Assembly (NCBI GenBank): GCA_951406725.2
Contig: OX597839.1
Span: 36,518,001 to 36,582,000, forward strand
DNA: 64,000 nucleotides
DNA from: Octopus vulgaris
Lineage: Eukaryota
Direction: 5' to 3'
Notes under the pieces: generated by a model
Database searches by the model: none
Told to the model about the DNA's origin: nothing
The model's input: only the letters and a program-made list of their open reading frames with translations
Program-made: the position numbers and the translations under genes
Shown: positions 12,834 through 25,799 of the stretch, piece after piece
Numbering within the stretch: position 1 is the stretch's first letter
How the letters are laid out: each line of letters begins with the position of its first letter

Positions 12834-13059
12834 TTAACCCTTTCATTACTGTATTTACTTTGAGATGCTCTGTGTTTCTTTCAATTACTTTAAATATAAC
12901 AAAGAATTTCATAAAATAACTTAGTTATCATTCAGCTAGTGTTAGGAACATAAATTGTGACTAAAGTTTGGTGGAAGATTTTAATTAAAACCTTATGACA
13001 AGGCATTTATACAACAGTGCCAGAGCCAGTTTCGGCCGGGTTGGTAACAAAAGGGTTAA
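12834..13059. mobile_element. piggyBac-type MITE-A, sharing a TTAA with MITE-B
   Basis: TTAA 12834-12837 and 13056-13059; opposite orientation to 9724. Confidence 0.9.
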
Positions 13060-13660
13060 CCATTTAGCATTCACATTATTCTGTCAAGTGTAATGCTTAC
13101 TTATCCACATTGTTTTGAATTAATCATGCATTACCTTGTAGCTTTGAGATTTTAATATCTTTCATCACTGACACAAGATCACCTCCTCCAATTCCCCCTC
13201 CCCTCTCAAAAACTCCTTGTTTGCAAAGCCACTTGGTGACCCTGCCAGTGCAGGTACCATTTAAGAAAAGCATCCAGTCCACATTGCAAAGTGGTTGGCA
13301 TTTCGAAGGGCATCCAGCTGTGAAAAACCATGCCAAAACTGACCTCGTCTATGTGAGTGCCATGTAAAAAGCACTCAGCCCTCTCTATGGAGTGGTTGGT
13401 GTTAGGAAGGGCATCCAGCTGTAAAAACCATGCCAGAACAGGCACAGAAGCATGGCACAGGCTCTTGCCTAGCCAACTCCTGTCAAACCATTCAACTCAT
13501 ACCAGCATGGAAGGAGTACATTTAACAATAATGATGATGAACTTAATTTTTTAAAATGATATTGTAGGGTTGGTGTGAGAGGCCACATCTGGCCAGTTTG
13601 AGCATAAAACAGCAAGAACATTTTGGCTGGATTTGACCAGTTTAAATACTAAAAGGTTAA
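13056..13660. mobile_element. piggyBac-type MITE-B interrupted by element C pieces (about 13160-13540)
   Basis: ttaa-ccatttagcatt ... aatactaaaagg-ttaa; second copy at 60057-60745. Confidence 0.75.
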
Positions 13661-13957
13661 ATTAGAGATAGGTTAGGAGTGGCTGTGTGGTAAGTAGCTT
13701 GCTTACCAACCACATGGTTCTGGGTTCGGTCCCACTGTGTGGCACCTTGGGCAAGTGTCTTCTACTATAGCCTTGGACCGACCAAAGCCTTGTGAGTGGA
13801 TTTGGTAGACGGAAACTGAAAGAAGCCCATCGTATATACATACATGCATGCAGATAAAGGTTGGGAGATCGCTAGCAGGTAGGTAACCTAATAAAGGTTA
13901 GGAGGTGACCAGAGGTTGCAAGACTATGACCATATGTCATGAAGTCTAGTGTATTTC

Positions 13958-14189
13958 ATATTTCTTTATTGCCCACAAGGGGCTAAACATAGAGGGGACA
14001 AACAAGAACAGACAAAGGGATTAAGTCGATTATATCGACCCCAGTGCATAACTGGTACTTAATTTATCGAGCCCGAAAGGATGAAAGGCAAAGTGGACCT
14101 CGGCAGAATTTGAACTCAGAACGTAATGGCAGAAGAAATACTGCTTAACATTTCGCCCGGCGTGCTAACGTTTCTGCCAACTCGCCGCC
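13958..14189 (-). mobile_element. SINE-A, full length
   Basis: TSD tctagtgtatttc at 13945-13957 and 14190-14202. Confidence 0.92.
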
Positions 14190-14936
14190 TCTAGTGTATT
14201 TCTAGAGAATTTAAGGGTCTTAACTGTATTGTGCTGAAAGAGAGAAGGCCATCATGTAGTGTCTTCTTTGAAAGAGAATTCTCAAGGTCTTTATTCCTAA
14301 AAACACTGCATGTCTATAAAATAGCTTCCTTGTTGTTAAAAGAATACAGCAACACCACCAACACCCACAGCACTAATACCATCACCTACACCATCAAAAC
14401 TACCCCAACCACTACCCACACCACTACTGTCACCAACACCAGCAATGCTACCACCACCACCACCTACATGCACCCTCAGTTAACTGAATGCACATATGAA
14501 TGATGAAAATGATTTTGATAATGAAATTAGAAACAGTTTTAGTTAATTACTTGCTTAAATTAATTGATGAGGAAGATGAGGGGTGACTTGGTGTATGTCA
14601 GGATTTGGATATGAAAATAAAAAAAAAATCTTAGAACAACAAACAGAGCAACATTGTAAACCTAGTCTGTGTGTGTGTGTGTGTGTGTGTATGTGAGTGT
14701 GTGTGTGTATGTGAGTGTGTGTGTGTATGTGAGTGTTTGCATATGTTGTGCAATGCGTGTTATGTATGCATGTATATCCATGTGTAAATGCATAGTGTAT
14801 ATGCACACATATACATTAAGCCACAAGAATTGAAACTTCAAGTCACAGTCAACAACCACATATAGCTATACTCTAGCACCAGTATTGGGTTCTTTCAAAA
14901 CAATGAAAGCTAAGCACTTCTAAGTCCATTTATTAA

Positions 14937-15219
14937 AAACTGAAAGAAGCCCATCGTATATACATACATGCATGCAGATAATGGTTGGGAGATCGCTAGC
15001 AGGTAGGTAACCTAATAAAGGTTAGGAGGTGACCAGAGGTTGCAAGACCATGACCATATGTCATGAAGTCTAGTGTATTTCATACTTCTTTATTGCCCAC
15101 AAGGGGCTAAACATAGAGGGGACAAACAAGGACAGACAAAGGGATTAAGTCGACTACATCAACCCCAGTGCATAACTGGTACTTAATTTATCGAGCCCGA
15201 AAGGATGAAAGGCAAAGTG
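14937..15219 (+). repeat. Displaced direct duplication of 13813-14095
   Basis: ~283 bp near-identical, spanning SINE-B fragment, unique DNA and SINE-A tail; shares the variant tcgagcccg. Confidence 0.9.
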
Positions 15220-15221
15220 AG

Positions 15222-15476
15222 TATTTTACAGAATATGAAGTAAATCTCAAATGCACAATAGATGTGAAAACAGCTGAGGAGACAAGGTAAATACCCTTAA
15301 AAGATGGAAAAAGTGGTCAAGAAGCCACTACAGATGGAATTTGGGAGGCAGAGGATTTGATTCTCTATAGAGGCTTGCTGGCCACTTTTTCTCTCTAGTA
15401 AGGGTTCTTACCCAATCCCCTAAGTTGTTTTCACAGCTATTCTGCATTTGAAATTGACTTCATTTTCTGTAAAATA
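15222..15476. mobile_element. Old palindromic (foldback) MITE-like element
   Basis: ~115-bp imperfect arms tattttacagaatatgaagt... / ...acttcattttctgtaaaata; a related arm fragment at about 61625-61715. Confidence 0.7.
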
Positions 15477-16351
15477 AAAACTAAATTTTTTTTTTTTTTT
15501 TTTTTTTACTTAATAACCCCCAACACCCACACATATGTATATACACCCATACACTCATATATAATTTGGCATAATTTAAATAAAAAGTTAAGATTATAAA
15601 AGCAAAATAAAATTTGTAGCAAATAAGATCAGAAGAAAGTGTGGCAGGGAGGTGAAGAAGACCCGTAAACCCATTAAGAATAAAACCCATGAAGAACACA
15701 AGAACCCGAGAAACAGCTGGTTTAATTTTAAAGTGAAACAATAACAAAGACAGGAGGAAGACAGTTTAGTTAGACAGAAAGAAACGAAATAAAAAAAATA
15801 ATAATAATAATAATAATAATAATATAAAATATATGAAACAAAAATTAAAAAAAGACACACGGCAACGATCCTATTTTTGAATATCCTCCATAAAAATAGG
15901 CCACAGTTGAACAAACTGAAATATTGTTTGGGTTATTACCTAACTGCCAACTGTTAATAGTATGTGTGTGTTCATGTGTCTACACACACACACACACACA
16001 CACGAACAAGTATGAATACATACACACACACACACACACACACACAAGTATGAATACATACACACACACACACACACATACAAATATAAAACACACATAC
16101 AAACACACACACACACAAATGTACAAATATAAAACGCACATATGCAAACATGTATGAATACAAGTACAGATAAACACACACACGCAACACTATATGTATA
16201 CTTATACACATAAAACGATTCCATGACGACACCACCACCACCATCATCATCACCATCTGCAATTTTTTTTTGAAGTTCTGACTTTTTTGCTTGAAAATCA
16301 TTTTCAGATTTTATATTTTAAACATGTGAGATTATGATTTTGATTTATGTT

Positions 16352-16946
16352 TTGTTTCAGTCGTTATACTGCAGCTATGCTGGCCACCACCTCGAAGGAT
16401 TTGGACAAACTGGTCCCGGTACTTTTTTTTCAAAAGTACTCGTGCTTATTGTGTCATTCTCTTTTTGCCAAACTGCTAAGTTATGGGGGATATAAGCAAA
16501 CCAAAACTAATCATGAAGCTATGGTGGTGGACAAACACACACATATATATATATACATGTATACACACATACATACACACACACACACACACATATACAT
16601 ACATACATGCATGCACACACACATGACTGACTATCTATCAGTCTGTCTTCTACTATAGCCTCGGGTTGACCAAAGCCTTGTGAGTGGATTTGGTAGACGA
16701 AAACTGAAAGAAGCCCATCGTGTGTATATATATATGTGTGTGTGTTTGTGTGAATGTTTGTCCCCCCAACATCGCTTGACAACCGATGCTGGTGTGTTTA
16801 TGTCCCCATAACTTAGCGGTTCAGCAAAAGAGACCGATACAATAAGTACGAAGTTTACAAAGAATAAGTCCTGGGGTCAATTTGCTTGACTAAAGACAGT
16901 GCTCCAGCTTGGCCACAGCCAAATGACTGAAACAAGTAAAAGAGTA
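16352..16946. mobile_element. Two oppositely oriented SINE-B pieces (16352-16625 -, 16644-16946 +)
   Basis: Old tail half on minus, younger head-truncated copy on plus. Confidence 0.75.
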
Positions 16947-17483
16947 AACAAGAGAGAGTAGTAAAGCCTGCATTAGAAAACATGCTAACTGCAGAAAAGA
17001 AGGGGATTCCTGTACTCACACACACAAACACAGTACAATACGCACACATGAAATAAGGTTCAAATTTTGATACAAGACCAACAAGTTCAGGGCAGAGGGG
17101 GTTAGTTGGTTACATCGACACCAGTATACAACTGGTACTTATTTTATCAACCTTAAAAGGACGAAAAGGTAAAGTTGACTCTGGCAGAATGTGAATGTAA
17201 AATTCACATGCAATACAATAGTAAACATGCATACAATAGTATACATAGTACTCACACACACACACTATGTATGCATTGCACACAAACAGTCACGCATAAC
17301 CGAAAACTTTATTGTACATTAAAAGTACAAATGACAACAGTTATGAAGAACTCAAAATGAAAGAGGATGACATTAATTACAAAATGACAAAACATAAAAC
17401 TGACAACAAACTGGGCTTGGCATCTCACAACCTGTTCGCACACATTTATGAAGAAAAAAACATTCGTCATAACTTCCATTCCT

Positions 17484-17918
17484 TTAACCCTTTCGTTACT
17501 GTACTTTTGTTGAGATGCTCTGTGTTTCTTTCAATTACTTTAAATATAACAAAGAATTTAGTGAAATAACTCAGTTATCATTCAGCTAGTGTTAGGAGCA
17601 TAAATTGTGCCAAAGTTTTGGTGGAAGATTTTAATTCAAAACTTATGAAAACAAGACATTTGTACTCAGAGCCAGAGCCAGTTTCAGCCCGGTTGGTAAC
17701 GAAAGGGTTAAGAATTGTTTCCCTATTATATATTTTAACCCTTTCATTACTGTATTTCTGTTGAGATGCTCTGTGTTTCTTTCAATTACTTTAAATATAA
17801 TAAAGAATTTAGTAAAATAAACTTAGTTATCATTAAGCTAATGTTAGGAGCATAAATTGTGACTAAGGTTTGGTGGAAGATTTTAATTCAGAACTTATGA
17901 AAACAAGACATTTGTACT
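17484..17918. mobile_element. MITE-A dimer with 23-bp spacer; second unit truncated and fused to SINE-A at a gtact microhomology
   Basis: TTAA at 17484, 17708, 17735; spacer gaattgtttccctattatatatt. Confidence 0.9.
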
Positions 17919-18375
17919 TAATTTAACCCCAAAAGGATGGAATTTGAACTCAGAACATAAAGATAGACAAAAATACCGCTAAGCATTTCACCAGGCATGC
18001 TAATGTTTCTGCCAGCTCACTGCCTTACATGAACTGTAAATATTGACTGGGTCAGTTTATTCTTGTTGAAATCCCTAACCTGGAGAAGAGAAAACCCCTT
18101 AACAACAAGAAACCATAAATATCTGACACCAGTAAACAGGATGCAGATACTATTATGGTGAGCTGGCAGAACTGTTAGCATACCAGATAGAATGCATTTT
18201 GCCTGTCTTCGTGTTCTGAGTTCAAATTCCGCCAAGGTTGATCTTGTCTTTTATCCTTTTGCAGTTGATAAAATAACTACCAGTTGATATAATTGATGAA
18301 ACCCCTCCTAACAAAATTTCAGACCTTGTGCCTACAGTAAAAACAATTATCATCATTATCATTATTATTAGTAGT

Positions 18376-18700
18376 AGGAGTACTCTGTTGGTTGCGCCGA
18401 CGAGGATCCCAGTTGATCATATCAATGGAACAGCTTGCACATGTAATTAACGTGCAAGTGGCTGAGTACTCCACAAACACGTGTACCCATAACGTAGTTC
18501 TCAGGGAGATTCAGCATGACACAGAGTGTGACAAGGCTGACCCTTTAAAATACAGGTGCAACTCATTTTTTGCCAGCTGAGTGGACTGGAGCAAAGTGAA
18601 ATAAAGTGTCTTGCTCAAGGACACAACATGCTGCCAGGAATTGAACTCATGACCTTACAATCATGAGCCGAATGCCCCTAACCACTAAGCCACATGCCTT
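18376..18700 (-). mobile_element. SINE-D subfamily, full length
   Basis: Minus head ggcatgtggcttagtggttaggg, B box gagttcaattcc. Confidence 0.85.
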
Positions 18701-19004
18701 CACATTTTAGTAGTAGTAATAATAGTAATAATAACAGAGGGGGACCATGGTTATTGTACTCTAACATTGATATATTGATCAATATAGATTTTCCATCTTT
18801 TTCTCCTGATGAGATGAGTAATCCCTCATAGTCACATAAATTATGCTAATTACATAATTATGTAAATACCGATGGTTTTACTTGATTGAAACAGCTGTGG
18901 AAAAAAAATTACGAAACATCTGTAAAATTTACATTTTTCTGTTATTTGCCATTCCGTTGATATTGATAAAGAGATATCTAATATATATCTATGTTATATC
19001 ATTT

Positions 19005-19250
19005 ATCTTTTACTTGTTTCAGTCACTGGACTGTGGCCATGCTGGGGCAATGCTATAAAGTGTTTAATCAAACAAATTAGCCTCAGTACTCATTTCTTTT
19101 TTTTTTTTTCAAAGCCAGGTACTTATTCTATCAGTCTATTTTGCCAAACTACTAAGTTATGGAGATGTAACTGAGTTAAAACAGGATGTCAAGCAGTGGA
19201 AGGACATGCACAAACATGTACGTACACACACGTGTGTATATGAGTATATA

Positions 19251-19294
<44 letters not shown>

Positions 19295-19435
19295 AAAAGT
19301 AAAAAATATATACAAACTGGGACAAGAACGTGAAACACCTAGAAGACGACACAAGAACCACAGGACGGGACATTCAAAGCCCTCAGTCATCAGTCAAGAA
19401 CCAGATCATCTTCGCAATTTCAGCTGATTAATGTA

Positions 19436-19524
<89 letters not shown>

Positions 19525-19692
19525 ATATATATATAATATATATATATATATAATATATATATATATATATACATACATACATACACACATGATAGACTTC
19601 CATATACAGAGTCTGTTTACCAAATTCACTCACAAGGTATTAGGTGACATGGGGCTGTAGAAGATACTTGCTCAAGGTGCTGTGCAATGGGA
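19005..19692 (-). mobile_element. Old SINE-B with expanded (TA)n and an unrelated ~140-bp insert (about 19292-19435)
   Basis: SINE-B tail at 19005-19200 and head part at 19590-19692. Confidence 0.7.
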
Positions 19693-19840
19693 CGCACAGA
19701 TATCAAATAACATTGTCCATCAGTGTCTTCCAACAGTAATTATTATTAGCGCTGGAGGACAACACATCTAAACTTACTCTAAGACTTGGAATAACTGATG
19801 TGCAAGCACACCACCTCTGATGCATTATTTTCATTATGCC

Positions 19841-20069
19841 TTAACCCTTTCGTTACCAACCCGGCTGAAACCATCTCTGGCTCTGTAGTACAAATGTCTT
19901 GTTTTCATAAGTTTTAAATTAAAATCTTCCACTAAATCTTAGTCACAATTTATGTTCCTAACACCAGCTTAACGATAACTAAGTTATTTTACTAAATTCT
20001 TTGTTATATTTAAAGTAATCGAAAGAAACACAGAGCATCTCAAAATAAATACAGTAACGAAGGGGTTAA
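19841..20069. mobile_element. piggyBac-type MITE-A, intact monomer
   Basis: ttaa-ccctttcgttac ... gtaacgaagggg-ttaa. Confidence 0.92.
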
Positions 20070-20952
20070 TATCAATGATTTCATGTGGGGTGGGTTTCTT
20101 CGGGGAAACAAAAGGCAATTTAAATGATAGAGATTTTGTAATTATATTGAGCAACAGGATGTTATTTAACACCAGGTCAGCTCAGACAGAGCAGACCTAT
20201 AGTGAAAAGTATTCCAGTGACAGGCATCAACTTTTATAACGACATTACAGTATGATTTGAGAGATTTTCCTGCTACTTTTATTAAATCTCATGAAGAGGG
20301 TCCTTCACTAGTTTATGGTAGAAACTCTGCTATCAGTTCTTGAACTCAAGGCTGGCCCTTAACTCAATAAAACCTATTAATTAAAGAAGCTCCAGCCACG
20401 CTCGTTTGTCATTTATTCAGACACAGTGTATCTAAAATTACAGTATTCAACACCATTCAAAAAAATATTTTTTTCAAAAGATAATATCTGAGGCATAACT
20501 GGTTCCTATTTTTAGCAGACCAACAGACCATGTCAAGACTCCTCGGTTCATTACAAGTGTTGCTGCTTGTTGTAGTTAGCTCCAATTCATTAGCAATCAA
20601 ACAAAGTTTGGTTGAAAGACATTCCAATCATAATTGTGGTAGGTGGATAAATTTTAGGGGGCACGTGGGGCAGCATTATCTAATGTTTCCTATCCTTAGA
20701 TAAATCAAAACGATGTGATTTGAAAGTCATTTATTTAGCTGGTGGGGCTTTTTTAGCAAGCCGAACGAACAAGTACCCACATTGGAATGTTATAAATAAA
20801 CAGAGATAAACTTGTACAGATTGGCGAGATTAAAACCAGTAAAACGTTTCCTCACACACAACAACCGAATGAAATATCTACCTTTGCCCCAAATAAATGT
20901 CACGGAAAAATCATATTCATATATATACGTTAATATACAGTGTAAACCTTAC

Positions 20953-21019
20953 CACCTTTGTTGTCGCCCTCAGAATCTGCAGGGATATTCTTCACACATC
21001 CTGCCAGCCAGTTGTACAT
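20953..21019 (-). CDS. Putative first coding exon segment of an unidentified host gene (MYNWLAGCVKNIPADSEGDNKG, phase 1); whole exon 20953-21088
   Basis: Acceptor ttttgtttttccag, in-frame upstream TAA, ACAATG start context, donor GTG|gtaagg; non-repetitive, CpG-retaining surroundings. No homology recognised. Confidence 0.45.
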
Positions 21020-21624
21020 TGTGTCCCGGTCGGTCGACAACTTTATCCACACTGAACTCTCTCTCTCTTAACCTAAATATCTGGCTACCTGGAAAAACAA
21101 AACTGATCACCACACACACACACACACACGAACCCACCCACCCACACACACATAGAGACACACACGAACCCACCCACCCACACACACATAGACACACACA
21201 CACACAGAGTTATCTTTCCCACATAAATATATGAAGCAATTCTCACACTCCGACTCATTATTTCAACCAGTCACACCTTTTTAATTTGTTTTCATTGTAC
21301 AACTCGCCTTCTTTTTTCAACTATAATACACACACACACACACACATATACATACACATACACACACACACACACACATACACGCGTGTGGAATGGCATT
21401 TACTACACGAAAATGTGTATGCGAGGAAGTTGAAAGTCTACTACTGTGGGTCCCACCCCAAACCCCTAGCCAGCTTGGGGTGGAAACTTAGAAATAGACT
21501 TTCAACTTCATGCACATATTTTGCTTAAGATAATTACACCTGTCCAAACCCTTCAATGTGTAAAGTAAAAATACATTTTAATATACTTAATTATAGCTCT
21601 TACATTACAATGTGATTATTTATA

Positions 21625-21977
21625 GCCACCATCCGAACGTGGCCGATGCCAGCACCGCCCCGACTGGCTTCTGTGCAGGTGGCACATAAAAAGCACCAAC
21701 CGACCGTGGCCGATGCCAGACCCCTCTGGCACCTGTGCAGGTGGCACGTAAAAAGCACCAACCGACCGTGGCCGATGCCAGACCCCTCTGGCACGTAAAA
21801 AGCACCCACCACACTCGCGGAGTGGTTGGCGTTAGGAAGGGCATCCAGCTGTAGAAACACTGCCAGACCAGACTGGAGCCTGGGGCAGCCCCTGGCTCCC
21901 CAGACCCCGGTCGAAACCGTCCAACCCGTGCTAGCGCGGAAAACGGACGTTAAACGGCGACGATGATGATGATGATG
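21625..21977 (+). mobile_element. Element C, young CpG-rich copy with tandem 5' units
   Basis: Repeated ggcacgtaaaaagcacc units, gagtggttggcgttaggaagggcatccagc, (GAT)n tail. Confidence 0.9.
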
Positions 21978-22503
21978 AGAAGCTATAGCAGTGACTCAGA
22001 GGCATAGAGTTTTTGTGTTGAGGCATTTATTAAACTTCCCCATTGATAATTTTTATAAATTCTTTGCTACTAAACTTCCGGCCCTTGAGCCACTGACGTA
22101 GGTTCTTGATTGTAAATAAAGGAAATATTAGTTGCAATTCAATGAGACACACCTGAGTTCCTCTAATTCTTTCTTTTGTATAAACACACACACAAACACA
22201 CATATATATATATATATATATATGTAGAGGTGGGTGGATATGTGTGGGTGCACGGCAAGTGCAGACACACACAGTGTCACGGTAGAGTATCGCATGCTTA
22301 ATATAGTGAATAGAAAATTTCAATTAACTGATATCATCCTAACGTTTACATTTCCCTCTAAAGTTTGTTTAAAATCTGAAAAAAAAAAGGCAAAGCAGAA
22401 AACTCCAATAACATTAGACAATCTGAATCCCCACTTCCCTCTCTTGCCAGGAAAATAAAGACAATGTGCAGCTTATCTTTAAAGACAATTGATGAAAGTA
22501 ACG

Positions 22504-22534
22504 GACATGTTTCAGTCTAGTTAGGTCTCATCAG
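22504..22534 (-). ncRNA. Decayed minimal hammerhead ribozyme motif
   Basis: Minus: CTGATGA gacctaactagact GAAAC AT GTC; canonical core and palindromic ACATGT, but stems I and II are mismatched. Confidence 0.4.
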
Positions 22535-23061
22535 CAGTATATTCACAGTTGGCTAGACTCAGAAGATCAATTATATATACACACGCTCTCACGTATATAT
22601 CATTAAACATCTATTTTCCATAGTGGTATGAGTTTGACAGGAGCTGGCAAGCTAGGGGCCTGCACTAGGCTCTAAGGTCTGCTTTGGCATGGTTTCTACA
22701 GCCAGATGCCCTTCCTAATACCAACCACTTTACAGAGTGTACTGGGTGCTTTTCATGAGGTGCCAGCTGCAGTGAGGTTGCCAAATAACTTCCAAGACAT
22801 GACCCTTCCACCGAGGGAGGAGAAGTATTGAGTGAAAGTGGTTTGTGCCAGATGATGAGGAGTTAGAGTATGATAGAGGGATAGAAATGCGGACCTTGCT
22901 GCAGAGGAGATACACGGCTACCCAAATTAGAAAAGGAGAGCGCAGGGAGAGAGGGGCAGAGAGCAGAAAGAGAGAGAGAGAGAAAGAGAGAGAGAGCGAG
23001 AGAGAGTGTGTGTGTGTGTAGTGAGGCTGAGCATGTATGGTAACAGTAGGTTTATGGCAAA

Positions 23062-23463
23062 GGTGGCAAGCTGGCAGAAACATTAGCACGCCGGGCGAAA
23101 TGCTTAGCGGTATTTCGTCTGCCGCTACACACTGAGTTCAAATTCCACCAAGGTTGACTTTGCCTTTCATCCTTTCGGGGTCAATTAAATAAGTACCAGT
23201 TACGCACTGGGGTCGATATAATCGACTTAATCCATTTGTCTGTCCTTGTTTGTCCTCTCTGTGTTTAGCCCCTTGTGGATAGTAAAGAAATAGGAATTTC
23301 ATCTGCTGTTACGTTGAGTTCAAATTCTCCCGAGGTCAACTTTGCCTTTCATCCTTTCGAGGTCGATAAATTAAGTACCAGTTACGCACTGGGGTCAATG
23401 TAATCGACTTAATCCCTTTGTCTGTCCTTGTTTGGCCCCCCTGTGGGCAATAAAGAAATAAGT
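23062..23463 (+). mobile_element. SINE-A dimer
   Basis: Junction aagaaatagg|aatttcatctgc near 23292. Confidence 0.9.
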
Positions 23464-23863
23464 AAGTTTAAGGGAAAAATACTAGTTGGGGGTGTGCGAG
23501 TATTTTGCACAATTATACCAACATGAATGCAGTTTCAATGACTAGAAGCCGTGAAACTGATACATATATACACATACACACACGTGTGTGTGTGTGTATA
23601 TGTGTGTGTATGTGTGTGAGAGAGAGAGTGTCAAATATAGTGGTGTTATAATAAGGGTTGGTGATAGGTTTGTTCACTCAGATTCTGCTGTCAAGTTTAA
23701 TAGAAACCATATACCATGTACCTCTCTTTCCTAGTCAACAAAGATCTGGATGTGTTTTACCAGTAAATAATCTTGGTCCATTATGGTTAATATTACTGGA
23801 ATGTTAATGACTAGGCTTGTGTGGGGGCTGCACTTCCACTGTTACACATGTGCATGCATGTAT

Positions 23864-23905
<42 letters not shown>

Positions 23906-24004
23906 TAGTAATGTGTTTTTCCTGGCATATGAGCTTAGAGACGGACTTACACATATACACATGACATATAAACTGAGAACTTTAAGATAAATTGATATAA
24001 GCAT

Positions 24005-24560
24005 AGAGAGAGAGAGACTGGAGAGAGAGAGAGAGACTGGAGAGAGAGAGAGAGGAGAAATTAGAGGAGGAGAAAAATAGAGGTAGGGAGGGAGGGAGAG
24101 AAAGAAAGGGAGATAAGAATGAGAGGGATAGAAGAGAGGTTAGGAAAGGGCGGAAGGTGGGAGAAGAGGGATAGGAAGAGAGAGAGAGAGAGGTGGAGAG
24201 GGAGAAGTGGGGATACTAAAGGAGAGGGAAAAAGAGGGGTAGAAAGGGAGAGAAGGGATAAGAGTGAGATGTTAAAAAGAGAGGATAGAAAGAAGAGTAG
24301 GGAGAAAGAGAGTGGAAGGAGTAGGAAGAGGGAGAAGGGAAAAGGGAGTAATAAGGGAAAGAGGATAGGAGGGAGAGAGAGAGGAGAAGAGAGTAATAGA
24401 GAGAAAGAGGGGTAGGTTGGGAGAGAGAAGGGAAGAAGAGGGTGTAATAAAAGAAGAATGCTAGAAAGGAGGGGGGACGAGAAGAGGAAAGAAGTGTAAG
24501 AAGGGAAGAGAAAGAGAGAGAGTAGAGAATAAGAGGGGGTAGGAAAGGGGTGGGGTAGGG
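24005..24560. repeat. ~550-bp polypurine (GA-rich) tract
   Basis: Almost exclusively A/G on the plus strand. Confidence 0.95.
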
Positions 24561-25231
24561 GACAATTGAGAGTCAACAGTGAAACAATTTGTAGAAGTGA
24601 AGTGAAGTTGATTCTAAGTGAATGAGTCATGGAACTGGTTTAATCTGGTTTCATTTTACTCTCTTCACAGCTGAGAAAAACAAAAACAAAAAAAAAAAGA
24701 GAAAAAATGAAAAAAAAAAAAGAAAGAAGAAAACAAAACAAAAACAACCCCAAAAACAAAAAAAGTTACAAGAAACTGACAAAAAAAAATATTATTTGTG
24801 GCCACAAGATTGAGAGGGTAGAATATATTCAGTGGAGCACCAGACTAGTTCATTCTTGCTGTTTGCTTACATCGCTTTATGTTTCTGGGTTCAAATTCCT
24901 TCAAGGAAGGAAGGGAGGGAGGGAGGGAGGAGGAGGATTGAGGGTTTTACCCATCAGGTATAGGGAATCAATAAAATCGATAGCTCCCTTATTTCATCCG
25001 AAGTCTATCTATGGAATGCCCCACAACAATGGAACAAAATCGAAGACAATCTATTATTCTGGGTTTTCTTTTCTGATATCCTTTTCTCTTGTTTCAGTCA
25101 CTGGAGTACGGCCATGCTGGGGTACCGCATTGATGGGTTCAGTTGAATAAATTGATCACAGTATCTTTTATTTGTTTCAACAATTATGCCCATTTTTTTT
25201 TTTAAGTTTGGTACTTTCTGCATTTAGTATT

Positions 25232-25638
25232 CATCATCATCATCATCATCGTTTAACATTCGTTTTCCATGCTAGCATGGGTTGGACGGTTCACCTGGGG
25301 TCTGGGAAGCCAGAAGGCTGCGCCAGGCCCAGTCTGATCTGGCAGTGTTTCTACAGCTGGATGCCCTTCCTAACGCCAACCACTCCATGAGTGTAGTGGG
25401 TGCTTTTTACGTGCCACCGGCACAGGTGCCAGGGGAGGCTGGCAAACGGCCACGATCGGATGGTGCTTTTTACGTGCCACCGGCACAGGGGCCAGATGAG
25501 GCTGGCAAACGGCCACGATTGGATGGTGCTTTTTATGTGCCACCGGCACGGAGGCCAGACGAGGCTGGCAAATGGCCACAATCGGATGGTGCTTTTTACA
25601 TGCCACCGGCACAGGGGCCAGATGAGGCTGGCAATGGC
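25232..25638 (-). mobile_element. Element C with ~3.8 copies of a 63-bp VNTR
   Basis: Units start at 25399, 25462, 25525, 25588. Confidence 0.92.
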
Positions 25639-25799
25639 CTGCAGCTCAAGAGTGAATCGCAGAAGGTCCTCCACTTGCTTATGAAAAACCACTTCCAGGC
25701 TGGATTCCAAAAGTGATAGGAACACTGGAACCGGTGTATTGCTGTGCAAGGGGACTATTTCAAAGGAGACGAGGTTAAAACTTGGGTAAATAAGTTAGT

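Noticed and set aside
15414-15466. Minus-strand exon-like segment with ttttacag acceptor and gtaaga donor
   Set aside because: Stops in all frames and lies in the arm of a foldback repeat.
18029-18079. 51-nt minus-strand exon candidate (VRDFNKNKLTQSIFTVH)
   Set aside because: Donor overlaps a SINE-A head and the phase is incompatible with the 20953 exon (gives TAG).
19292-19435. Minus-strand GAAA...CTGATGA suggesting a type II hammerhead (similar order at 63010-63060)
   Set aside because: Stems I and III could not be paired convincingly.
25282-25749. Overlapping ORFs with 21-aa repeats; array superficially CRISPR-like
   Set aside because: 63-bp VNTR of element C; no unique spacers, no cas genes, eukaryotic context.
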